In this document: one piece after another, positions 9,656-16,625 of the stretch | Position numbering within the stretch: the stretch's first letter is position 1 | Layout of the letters: every line of letters starts with the position of its first letter | From: Prochlorococcus sp. AG-432-D11 | GTDB taxonomy: Bacteria > Cyanobacteriota > Cyanobacteriia > PCC-6307 > Cyanobiaceae | Reading direction: 5' to 3' | Length of the DNA: 64,000 nt | NCBI GenBank assembly: GCA_003212885.1 | Contig: QCOP01000002.1 | Span: 278 to 64,277, forward strand | Translations under genes and position numbers: made by a program | The notes under the pieces: model-generated | What the model saw: the letters and a program-made list of their open reading frames with translations, nothing else | What the model was told of the DNA's origin: nothing | The model's database searches: none

Positions 9656-10321
9656 TTAATTTCCTATAGACCTTATCAGATTGCTATATGCCTGAAAAAT
9701 AAGATCAAGTTCATCAGATCTACCATGTCTTGCTAAAAGACCTTTTGCTCCTGCATCTAGACCAAATAAAAACCTTCTTTGATCATTGTTAGAAATATAA
9801 CTCTCAATCCATCCGACGCATACAACTCTAGTTCCATGAGTTACTTTTTTTACCGAATGAATAGACGTACTAGGATAAATAATTATTTCTCCTGCTTCTA
9901 ACTTTATATCTTCTGAATTAGAAATATTATGTATACATAATTCGCCTCCTTCATAATCTTCTGGTTCACTTAAGAATAAAGTAAATGATAAATCACTTCT
10001 ACCAGATCTCATATATGGATTATCGATATGTTTCCCGTACCCTTGACCAGCTTGAGTTTTTGTAAACATGGTTCCATGAATTTTTTTTGGTATTGCAAAG
10101 CTTTTAATCAGTACATCTGATGTAATGAGATCCTTTATTAAATAACTATTTCTTTCAGAAACTTTTGATTTTTTTTCTAGTTGAAAGTTTTCTTTATTAG
10201 CTGAAGCATGACTTCCAGCTGTTAGCTTTCCATCTTTCCATAGGGATTTGTTTTCAAGAATTTCTTTGATAATTTTCTTTGCTGTAATTTTGCTAATTAA
10301 TTCGTGCGTTAAATAATCCAC
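9656..10321 (-). CDS. piuC: PKHD-type Fe(II)/2-oxoglutarate-dependent hydroxylase (PiuC/YbiX-like)
   Basis: The segments GKHIDNP, LSFTLFLSEPEDYEGGEL, YPSTSIHSVKKVTHGTRVVCVGWIES match the PiuC-type dioxygenase pattern. Confidence 0.8.
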   Translation of the reverse strand: MDYLTHELISKITAKKIIKEILENKSLWKDGKLTAGSHASANKENFQLEKKSKVSERNSYLIKDLITSDVLIKSFAIPKKIHGTMFTKTQAGQGYGKHIDNPYMRSGRSDLSFTLFLSEPEDYEGGELCIHNISNSEDIKLEAGEIIIYPSTSIHSVKKVTHGTRVVCVGWIESYISNNDQRRFLFGLDAGAKGLLARHGRSDELDLIFQAYSNLIRSIGN

Positions 10322-10461
10322 TTTCGCTTTATGTTTCCCTTAGTATTCTTAACAGATCAATATTAGCATTGATTCATTTTTTACCTATCGAGGTATCATT
10401 TGTAGACTTGAAGTAAAATCTTAGTTCTTTATATAAAATAATTATAGGATTTTGTTTTTCT

Positions 10462-11490
10462 ATGAATTTGATTAGGCGTTTTTTAACTGCATCATCTATA
10501 ACTTCATTGTTCTTCTCTGCTGTCATACCACTCTCAATTAAGGCTTCTGAAAGAGAAGTTAGAGTTTATTCTGGCCGGCACTACAATACAGATCGCCAAG
10601 TTTTTAAGAAGTTTGCCGAGGAAACTGGTATTAGGGTCAGACTCATTGAAGCTACAGGTATTTCTTTGGTTGAAAGATTGAAACGAGAAGGGAAGAACTC
10701 AAATGCGGATGTAATTTTATTAGTTGATGCAGCAAGAATTGCAAATGCAGCCAAAGAAGGATTATTACAGTCTTATCGCTCTGATCTCCTAGAAAAAAAT
10801 GTTCCCGTCGAATATAGAGATCCTGAAGCAAGATGGTATGCGCTAACTAGAAGAGTTCGAGTTATGGTTGCTAACCCTAAATTAGTTGATGTTGAAAAGA
10901 TAAAAACATTCTCTGACCTTGCCGATCCATCTTTAAAAGGATTAGTTTGTCTGCGAAAGAGAAATAGTCCTTATAATCAATCTTTAGTAGCAAATCAATT
11001 AGTTTTGAAAGGTGAAGAAAATACTAAGTCTTGGCTAGAATCAATGTTGGGGAATGTGTCACAACCTTTTTTCCCTGGTGATATTGGGATTACTCGTGCT
11101 GTTGCGCAACGCAAATGTGGTATTGGGATCGTAAATCATTACTATGTTGCAAGAATGCTTGCAGGAATTAATGGCAAACGTGATAGTAAATTAGCAAAAA
11201 AAATTATAGTTATTACCCCTAATCCTGCTCATATAAATGTCAGCGCGGGTGGCCTGGCAAAATATGCAAAAAACAAAAAGGAAGGTATAAAACTTTTAGA
11301 GTTTTTAGCTTCTCCTGATGGCAGTTCAGGCTTGGCAGGACCTACTTTCGAACATCCATTGAATGGTTTTAATGATTCTAAAGAACTTGAAAATTTTGGT
11401 GATGTTGTTCCTGATAGAGTGACTGTTAATGAACTAGGAGAGTATAATGCTAAAGCCATTGAGTTGATGGCAGCTACTGGATGGGAATAA
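10462..11490 (+). CDS. futA: Iron(III) ABC-transporter periplasmic binding protein (FutA/IdiA/AfuA)
   Basis: A signal peptide is followed by VRVYSGRHYNTDRQVFKKFAEETGIRVRLIEA, and the protein shows full-length FutA/IdiA-like sequence. It is divergent from piuC. Confidence 0.85.
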   Translation: MNLIRRFLTASSITSLFFSAVIPLSIKASEREVRVYSGRHYNTDRQVFKKFAEETGIRVRLIEATGISLVERLKREGKNSNADVILLVDAARIANAAKEGLLQSYRSDLLEKNVPVEYRDPEARWYALTRRVRVMVANPKLVDVEKIKTFSDLADPSLKGLVCLRKRNSPYNQSLVANQLVLKGEENTKSWLESMLGNVSQPFFPGDIGITRAVAQRKCGIGIVNHYYVARMLAGINGKRDSKLAKKIIVITPNPAHINVSAGGLAKYAKNKKEGIKLLEFLASPDGSSGLAGPTFEHPLNGFNDSKELENFGDVVPDRVTVNELGEYNAKAIELMAATGWE

Positions 11491-11541
11491 TAAATATTAC
11501 TTTTAAGTACTAATTAACAACTTTGATTACCTTGTTCTTAT

Positions 11542-11626
11542 GGAGAGGTGGCTGAGAGGTTTAAAGCGAACGATTCGAAATCGTTTGACAGGTAACTGTC
11601 CGTGGGTTCGAATCCCACCTTCTCCG
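11542..11626 (+). tRNA. tRNA-Ser (anticodon CGA), type II with long variable arm
   Basis: The acceptor stem pairs GGAGAGG with CTTCTCC (one G-U) and the discriminator is G. The anticodon stem AACGA/TCGTT carries loop TT-CGA-AA. The variable arm is TGACAGGTAACTGTCC and the T arm is GTGGG-TTCGAAT-CCCAC. Confidence 0.9.
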
Positions 11627-11729
11627 TAATTTCTTTTGTTCATGGATGCTAATACTCCCTGCACTGGAAAGGATTAGAGGGAAACATCTGTTCCTAGACG
11701 CTCAAGGATATTCATAGAGTTTCAGTCCT

Positions 11730-11821
11730 GTGTTGGCGGATGTGTTGGTGGATAATATAAATGTGTTGGCGGAAATATTAGGTGCTTTTATGAGTTGTTT
11801 TTTTAGATATGTGTTGGCGGA
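11730..11821 (+). repeat. Motif cluster A: four direct copies of GTGTTGGCGGA (one is GTGTTGGTGGA)
   Basis: The copies lie at 11730-11740, 11742-11752, 11763-11773 and 11811-11821, all on the + strand. The cluster sits 104 bp after the tRNA and upstream of the AlpA-like gene. Confidence 0.9.
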
Positions 11822-11911
11822 TGTTATTTCTTTCAAACCCTTATTACCACTGCTAGTTAACGCTTACTGGTACGTCCAAAGTGTCCCTATAGTAGATACG
11901 ACTTCATTGCT

Positions 11912-12094
11912 ATGAAACCTCATTTTTATACACGAAAAGATGTCCTTGCGATTACAAGATACTCACGTTCAACTATTGACCGTTTAGAGGCAAAAGGGCA
12001 GTTCCCTAAAAGGTTATCCCCTTCTGTAAATAGGATTTTTTGGATTGCATCTGAAGTTGATAAATGGTGTGAGGAGTTATCTAATGCTTACTGA
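11912..12094 (+). CDS. AlpA/excisionase-like (MerR-superfamily HTH) small DNA-binding protein
   Basis: ITRYSRSTIDRLEAKGQFPKRLSPSVNRIFWIASEVDKWCEE matches the phage AlpA/Xis pattern (..rsTiyrl...G.FP.p..l....v.W...ev..W). Confidence 0.65.
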   Translation: MKPHFYTRKDVLAITRYSRSTIDRLEAKGQFPKRLSPSVNRIFWIASEVDKWCEELSNAY

Positions 12095-12221
12095 TAAAGA
12101 AATACGCAAAATTAAAGTAACTAATCATCAGCAAAACTTTGGATATGGTTCTATTGCCAAGTCATTGGGCATGAAGAAATCTACAGTACAGATGATTGTT
12201 CAAAGGGAGGTAGCAGCATGA
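12084..12221 (+). CDS. 45-aa HTH protein (absent from the ORF track)
   Basis: The protein is MLTDKEIRKIKVTNHQQNFGYGSIAKSLGMKKSTVQMIVQREVAA, and GYGSIAKSLGMKKSTVQMIV looks like a helix-turn-helix. It overlaps the previous stop by 11 nt and shares ATGA with the next ORF. Confidence 0.45.
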   Translation: MLTDKEIRKIKVTNHQQNFGYGSIAKSLGMKKSTVQMIVQREVAA

Positions 12222-12421
12222 TTAGAACAAATAATTATGCAGGTGGATTATCTAATTACATTGTTTTGAAGGAAGAGAAGGAAGTTATTTTTTATTTGCA
12301 TAATCCCTATCCAGATTGCTTGGAAATCCCTGAGATAATGAAGCATAGGTTTCCTGATGATTACAAGAGCATAGTTGTAAGTTCCTTGGATGAGTTCAAG
12401 AAGTATGGGCAGAAAGTATGA
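12218..12421 (+). CDS. Hypothetical 67-aa protein
   Basis: The ORF is coupled by ATGA overlaps at both ends. A ggagg Shine-Dalgarno-like sequence lies upstream. Confidence 0.45.
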   Translation: MIRTNNYAGGLSNYIVLKEEKEVIFYLHNPYPDCLEIPEIMKHRFPDDYKSIVVSSLDEFKKYGQKV

Positions 12422-12594
12422 GTACTGATTGGAAAGACACCTCATGGCAAGAAGATTTCTTAGACATGAAGGCACATAAACCAGAAGACGTGAAATTGCT
12501 CATGGAAGGACCGAGAGGTTTTTTGGATGCAATGAAACTTGGTTCTCTTCATGAGGAATACAAACGATTGAAAAAGAGGCAAAGCAATGAATGA
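12418..12594 (+). CDS. Hypothetical 58-aa protein (absent from the ORF track)
   Basis: The protein is MSTDWKDTSWQEDFLDMKAHKPEDVKLLMEGPRGFLDAMKLGSLHEEYKRLKKRQSNE. It has an ATGA overlap upstream and an 8-nt overlap downstream. Confidence 0.4.
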   Translation: MSTDWKDTSWQEDFLDMKAHKPEDVKLLMEGPRGFLDAMKLGSLHEEYKRLKKRQSNE

Positions 12595-12850
12595 CATCAA
12601 TTGGAGAGAAGAATTATTGGACTCGGCAAAGTTCAATAAGAAGGAAGAAAACTTGTTGATGCATGGTGCAAAGTCATTGGCACAGAGTTGGCACTTAGGT
12701 GCTCTGTACACACGCTGGAAGAAGTTGAAAGGTTATAGAGAACCTCCGACTCCTAATTGCCAAAGTTCATTTCTTGAATGGGAGCATCGACTTGCCAAGT
12801 GTGACTTCTATATCCTTAATGAAGAGGACTTCTCTTATCCAGACTGGTAA
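12587..12850 (+). CDS. Hypothetical 87-aa protein
   Basis: The ORF is in the coupled chain. I recognised no family. Confidence 0.45.
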   Translation: MNDINWREELLDSAKFNKKEENLLMHGAKSLAQSWHLGALYTRWKKLKGYREPPTPNCQSSFLEWEHRLAKCDFYILNEEDFSYPDW

Positions 12851-12856
12851 AAAAGT

Positions 12857-13000
12857 ATGCAGTTAATTGAACAGCACAAAAAATTCATTGCTTGGTACCA
12901 AGAGAAACTTGGTTTGTCTGATTATGGATTGCTTTGGTTTGTTTTTTTTAAAGGCGTTGTTCTCACTCTGATCATTGAGCGATTACTCTTTCATCTCTGA
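12857..13000 (+). CDS. 47-aa single-TM protein (absent from the ORF track)
   Basis: The protein is MQLIEQHKKFIAWYQEKLGLSDYGLLWFVFFKGVVLTLIIERLLFHL. It is a paralog of the ORF at 13502..13663 (shared ..Y..KLGL....WL.F..G..L pattern). Confidence 0.4.
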   Translation: MQLIEQHKKFIAWYQEKLGLSDYGLLWFVFFKGVVLTLIIERLLFHL

Positions 13001-13007
13001 GGTTGTT

Positions 13008-13169
13008 ATGACTATTGATTGGAATGCTGCCAGAAAGCACTGCACTGAAAAGAACTGGAAGTGGACGCTGGATTTGATCGACAAATACCAAAAAGAAATG
13101 GAAGAACTAAAAGATGAGAATGTTAAACTCAAGCGACAATTGGTTCTTAGATCTCAAATGAACAAGTAA
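13008..13169 (+). CDS. 53-aa coiled-coil protein
   Basis: The ATG at 13008 is preceded by gagg. The protein is MTIDWNAARKHCTEKNWKWTLDLIDKYQKEMEELKDENVKLKRQLVLRSQMNK. A TAATG overlap links it to the next ORF. Confidence 0.4.
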   Translation: MTIDWNAARKHCTEKNWKWTLDLIDKYQKEMEELKDENVKLKRQLVLRSQMNK

Positions 13170-13501
13170 TGCCAGTTTTGATAATTGGTTGGAGCGTGTA
13201 CGACAAACTCTCAGAGGAAGAGCAAAAGGAGTTTGCATTAGTAGAGCGATATAGAACTGATTATTTTTATGAGTGCTATGAGTATGAAAATGCGAAGGGG
13301 AATAAAAATTATGAGTGGAGTGATCGATGCTTTACAAGTCAGGAAGAATTATTGGAATTCTTTGGTTATGAAATGATCGAAGACTTAAATGCAGATGCCG
13401 TATATGCAAGAAGGGTAGAGATGTTTACTGATGAGGAAGAAAAGAAGTGGATGAAATTAAGCGATGGTGGAAATCAAATCAAAGTAATGGGAGCGAAATA
13501 A
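13169..13501 (+). CDS. Hypothetical 110-aa acidic protein
   Basis: It is the largest ORF in the coupled chain. I recognised no family. Confidence 0.5.
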   Translation: MPVLIIGWSVYDKLSEEEQKEFALVERYRTDYFYECYEYENAKGNKNYEWSDRCFTSQEELLEFFGYEMIEDLNADAVYARRVEMFTDEEEKKWMKLSDGGNQIKVMGAK

Positions 13502-13663
13502 ATGCTTACCACTATCAGACAAATACACGACTCCACAATTGATTGCTATAGGAAATTGGGTCTGAATAATTCCACGATTGCTTGGTTGCTCTTTGTAGAA
13601 GGATTGTTTTTAGTTCTTGTAGGCAAAACAATCGTAGAATTGGTTGAAAAATTTTCCCTCTGA
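13502..13663 (+). CDS. 53-aa single-TM protein (absent from the ORF track)
   Basis: The protein is MLTTIRQIHDSTIDCYRKLGLNNSTIAWLLFVEGLFLVLVGKTIVELVEKFSL. Its ATG directly follows the previous stop. Confidence 0.4.
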   Translation: MLTTIRQIHDSTIDCYRKLGLNNSTIAWLLFVEGLFLVLVGKTIVELVEKFSL

Positions 13664-14183
13664 CAATAACTTTCTAATCAATTACTTTGATTAGATTTTG
13701 ATCTTCACCTTTCCACTCTTTGTAATCTTCATAGTCATAACCATCATTAGATAGTATGTCTTTTTCAATACTCACAATCCAATTATCTTTAAAACAATGT
13801 CTATCTTGTAATGGATAATTTGCATTTCTAAAAGCACAAACCTCATCAAATAATTGATTTTGTTCTTTTTCTTACTTTAATCATAATTAAGTGTTAGATG
13901 TTATTTAATTCCAGTCCTTTTTTGAGGGGATTTAATGACGGTCTTGGTCGTCACTATATGGACACTTTCGACGTATCAGTTTCTAATATTTTGCTGTTGA
14001 ATTGTTCCCTACACTATAGGTTTAGTTTGGATTTACCAGTTATTTATACTTACAGATCACTTGTTAAAAGTATACGTAATTTGCAGTTAATTTGTTATAT
14101 AAAAAAGTTAGGAACCAAAAGTCTACAAAGCATTCCTTTTGAGAGAAAACATCCCGCCAAAAATTTCCCCATAAGGTTTTTTT

Positions 14184-14219
14184 GTGTTGGTGGATAGAAT
14201 GTAGTTAGTTGTTGGCGGA
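14184..14219 (+). repeat. Motif cluster B: GTGTTGGTGGA and TTGTTGGCGGA
   Basis: The copies lie at 14184-14194 and 14209-14219. The cluster ends 5 bp before the ATG of the TPR cargo gene. Confidence 0.8.
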
Positions 14220-14224
14220 TCGAG

Positions 14225-14698
14225 ATGAAGAAACGAACTGCGATTATTGGAACACTGGTTTCATTGCTACCTATGGGACAACCGTTGGTGATAGGGACTG
14301 GAACGGTTTTGACTAGTGCTGCGGTGATGCTTACTGCCCCTGAAATAGCAAAGGCAGAGAGTGCTGAGTTCTATTTCCAAAGGGCATATAAGAAAGGCGA
14401 AGAAGGAGATTATTCGGGAGCAATAGTTGATTACAACAAGGCGATTGAGATCAATCCAAAGGATGCAGATGCGTATTACAACCGTGGAAATGCAAAAGAT
14501 GAATTAGGAGATTATTCGGGAGCAATAGTTGATTACAACAAGGCGATTGAGATCAATCCAAAGGATGCAGATGCGTATAAAAACCGTGGGAATTCAAAGG
14601 AACTGATAGAAGATATGAAAGGTGCTTGTTCTGATTGGAGAAAAGCATCTGAATTGGGAGATGAAGATGCTGCACAATGGGTAAAGAACGAATGCTGA
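14225..14698 (+). CDS. Secreted TPR-repeat protein (island cargo)
   Basis: It has a hydrophobic N-terminal leader. The 34-aa TPR units read DYSGAIVDYNKAIEINPKDADAYYNRGN, and the C-terminus is GACSDWRKASELGDEDAAQWVKNEC. A perfect 72-bp duplication lies at 14406-14477 = 14508-14579. Confidence 0.8.
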   Translation: MKKRTAIIGTLVSLLPMGQPLVIGTGTVLTSAAVMLTAPEIAKAESAEFYFQRAYKKGEEGDYSGAIVDYNKAIEINPKDADAYYNRGNAKDELGDYSGAIVDYNKAIEINPKDADAYKNRGNSKELIEDMKGACSDWRKASELGDEDAAQWVKNEC

Positions 14699-14751
14699 TA
14701 TTTTTTTAGAAGTTTGATTGCCTACAGTTTATTTTTTGAACGTAATAAGAA

Positions 14752-14774
14752 GTGTTGGCGGATGTGTTGGAGGA
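14752..14774 (+). repeat. Motif cluster C: GTGTTGGCGGA and GTGTTGGAGGA
   Basis: The copies lie at 14752-14762 and 14764-14774. The 27-bp block 14752-14778 matches 11730-11756 with 3 mismatches. Confidence 0.85.
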
Positions 14775-14807
14775 TTATTAGGTATTCTGAAATGTACCTG
14801 CGCACTC

Positions 14808-14855
14808 CTGTCCATACCTGTTCAGTAGTGTTCAATTAGGCGGACACCTTCTCCG
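14808..14855 (+). repeat. Decayed copy of the tRNA-Ser 3' half (attR-like boundary 1)
   Basis: ctgtcc...gttcaattaggcggacaccttctccg compares with tRNA ctgtccgtgggttcgaatcccaccttctccg. The terminal 11 nt are identical. Confidence 0.7.
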
Positions 14856-14946
14856 CTTTTCTAAAACGAACTTGGGTTGTATAGGGTGCAAATAAGTATC
14901 ACGCTAATTAATTTGATCTAAGATATCTAATATTTAACTATTTGAT

Positions 14947-15288
14947 ATGGCAAGATTTGCATTGCAAGAAGGAGAAAATCTACTTTCCTTAAAACGGCGT
15001 GCGTACTGGAAGAATTTGAGACATGCTAGTAATTTTGGCACTCTTTACTTGACTGATAAGAGAATAGTTTTTTGCTCAACTGCAGGGTGGAAGTTGGTGC
15101 TATTAGGTCAGATATTTGATTCATTTATTAAATCAGCGAATATACGTTGGGAGGCAGAGCACAGTCGTGTTGGAGTTATAGATGGTAATGGTATGTACTC
15201 TAAACTCAAATTCTTGACTTTGGATGGAGAAAATACCAACGTAGTAGTTGAGGAGGATTTTATTAATTTGATGAACACTTTTAAGTGA
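14947..15288 (+). CDS. Hypothetical 113-aa protein (possibly bacterial PH/GRAM-like)
   Basis: GTLYLTDKRIVFCS resembles the core strand pair of GRAM/bPH domains. This is only a weak motif-level reading. Confidence 0.4.
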   Translation: MARFALQEGENLLSLKRRAYWKNLRHASNFGTLYLTDKRIVFCSTAGWKLVLLGQIFDSFIKSANIRWEAEHSRVGVIDGNGMYSKLKFLTLDGENTNVVVEEDFINLMNTFK

Positions 15289-15344
15289 TAGCGTCCAAAA
15301 AAAATCCCAATTAATATAATATTCTCATTTGTAAAATTAAATCA

Positions 15345-15770
15345 ATGAATTTACTAAGAAAAATAGTGACATCTTTGATTATTGGGTCTACCATTGTCGC
15401 TTGTGCTGATCCAAATAAGGAGGTGAAATTTGATGCAAATGTAATCCAAACTACCAATGAAAAGATCATATTAAAAACTACAATTACAAATTATTCAGAC
15501 TCGGACAAAACTCTTAGTGAGATTGATATCGATAAGTCTTTACATCAAACTCTTAATTTATCTAGGATGGATGGTTCTATAGGAGAGCCTATCCCTCTTG
15601 ACAATACTTATTCTTATGAAATCAATCAAATAATTCCTTCAGGAGAATCCTTGACGATAAACTTTAAAGGACAATCTACAACTCAGTTTATATCGGGAGA
15701 AATAGATTTTATAGTAAATAATGATAATTGGAACTTTCGGTCTATATTAGTAGATTGTTGTAAAGAATAG
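15345..15770 (+). CDS. Putative lipoprotein, 141 aa
   Basis: The signal peptide has a lipobox-like IVAC (MNLLRKIVTSLIIGSTIVAC). Confidence 0.5.
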   Translation: MNLLRKIVTSLIIGSTIVACADPNKEVKFDANVIQTTNEKIILKTTITNYSDSDKTLSEIDIDKSLHQTLNLSRMDGSIGEPIPLDNTYSYEINQIIPSGESLTINFKGQSTTQFISGEIDFIVNNDNWNFRSILVDCCKE

Positions 15771-16121
15771 GTTCCATTTTTCTTTTGATATCCTATATTT
15801 ATGACTATTATGATTCTTCTTCTCTTAACAGAAGTTGTTCACCCTACTTTGATATCGAGAGCAATTATTTTTGACAATTGGCTGACAAGATATTCCCTCT
15901 TCATACCTCTATAGCCTCAAATGTAGTGGTTTAGTTGGAACATGATATTAAAAATGGAATACAAGAGAAAATAGATCAGAGTAGGGTTTACCCCCTCCAT
16001 CCTTGAACTTAGAATTTCTAACCCGGTGTCACTTTGGTTATAAAAAAATAGTGTTATAGTATCTGAAGAATTTTTAGGTATAAATTGTCTTATAGCAATT
16101 AATTTACTTTCAAAAATTACT

Positions 16122-16144
16122 AATTAGTCGGACACCGTCTCCCC
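16122..16144 (+). repeat. Second tRNA-end-like boundary repeat (attR-like boundary 2)
   Basis: It shares 20 of 23 nt with 14834-14856 and retains the gacacc.tctcc core of the tRNA acceptor/T-arm end. Confidence 0.6.
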
Positions 16145-16167
16145 TTTTGGTTGAAATTTTTTCAAAT

Positions 16168-16488
16168 ATGACTACAAAAATAGAAGCTTTGTCTAATAGG
16201 CAAAAAGATGCAGGGTGGGGGTATGCCTTTGCTCATTGGATTCCCTTTCTTTGGATCTACTATGCAATTACTAGGAGAACTATAACTCCTTTTCTTTATT
16301 TATTATTTGGGGGGTTTTTGGTTGGATTAACTATTGGGATTGTTTCTGCAATAGTTAATCCTAAGGCAAAAGAGGATAATCTTAGTAGATTAGGAGCTAT
16401 TGGAGGTTTTGTAGCGACTCCATTCCTTGCTAAAAAGGGTATCGATCAATCAAGAAAATCTGGAAAGAAACAATTAGAAAAAAATTAA
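16168..16488 (+). CDS. Small membrane protein (hypothetical)
   Basis: I preferred the ATG at 16168 because the TTG at 16147 abuts the boundary repeat. Two to three TM segments are present. Confidence 0.45.
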   Translation: MTTKIEALSNRQKDAGWGYAFAHWIPFLWIYYAITRRTITPFLYLLFGGFLVGLTIGIVSAIVNPKAKEDNLSRLGAIGGFVATPFLAKKGIDQSRKSGKKQLEKN

Positions 16489-16625
16489 TTAATTATCTTT
16501 CTGAAGAATAAGGATTCTGCGGTATAAATAATACCAGATTATCATTTGCTTTATATTCGTTTGTATTTTTATAGTAGAGATAATTTTTACAATTTATTTA
16601 ACTATTAATTTTAGGATCTTATAAA

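Larger units (their letters stand above)
11627..14855 (+). mobile_element. Integrated element or island layer 1 at the tRNA-Ser 3' end (about 3.2 kb, no integrase)
   Basis: It begins directly after the tRNA. It ends at a decayed tRNA 3'-half copy whose last 11 nt (caccttctccg, 14845-14855) equal tRNA positions 11616-11626. It contains an AlpA-like gene, a chain of micro-ORFs, GTGTTGGCGGA motif clusters and a TPR cargo gene. Confidence 0.6.
14856..16144 (+). mobile_element. Island layer 2 (about 1.3 kb remnant) bounded by a second tRNA-end-like repeat
   Basis: It lies between the two boundary repeats aattagGcggacaccTtctccGc (14834-14856) and aattagTcggacaccGtctccCc (16122-16144), which share 20 of 23 nt. 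It has two ORFs and no mobility gene. Confidence 0.5.

Noticed and set aside
10322-10461. Fur-box-like string in the piuC-futA divergent promoter (aatattagcattgattcat)
   Set aside because: Only about 10 of 19 positions match the 19-bp consensus. That is indistinguishable from background in this AT-rich spacer.
11229-11459. Minus-strand ORF inside futA
   Set aside because: It is an antisense shadow of a well-supported gene.
11730-11915. ORF 11730..11915 (+)
   Set aside because: It is built largely from the GTGTTGGCGGA motif array (the repeated VLAD peptides are an artefact of the repeat). I interpret the region as regulatory DNA.
12248-12711. Minus-strand ORFs 12248..12475 and 12460..12711
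   Set aside because: They are antisense to the tightly coupled + strand micro-ORF chain. That chain has coherent overlaps and Shine-Dalgarno-like sequences.
13664-13890. Minus-strand reading frame (..EQNQLFDEVCAFRNANYPLQDRHCFKDNWIVSIEKDILSNDGYDYEDYKEWKGEDQNLIKVID)
   Set aside because: It is open for about 65 codons but has no usable start codon after the upstream stop. It may be a gene fragment, but it cannot be supported as a CDS.
13898-14197. ORF 13898..14197 (+)
   Set aside because: I recognised nothing in its composition, and it runs into motif cluster B. It is more likely non-coding spacer in front of the TPR gene.
15925-15960. tRNA-like D-arm string (gtagtggtttagttggaac)
   Set aside because: No complementary D-stem, anticodon arm or acceptor pairing could be built around it.
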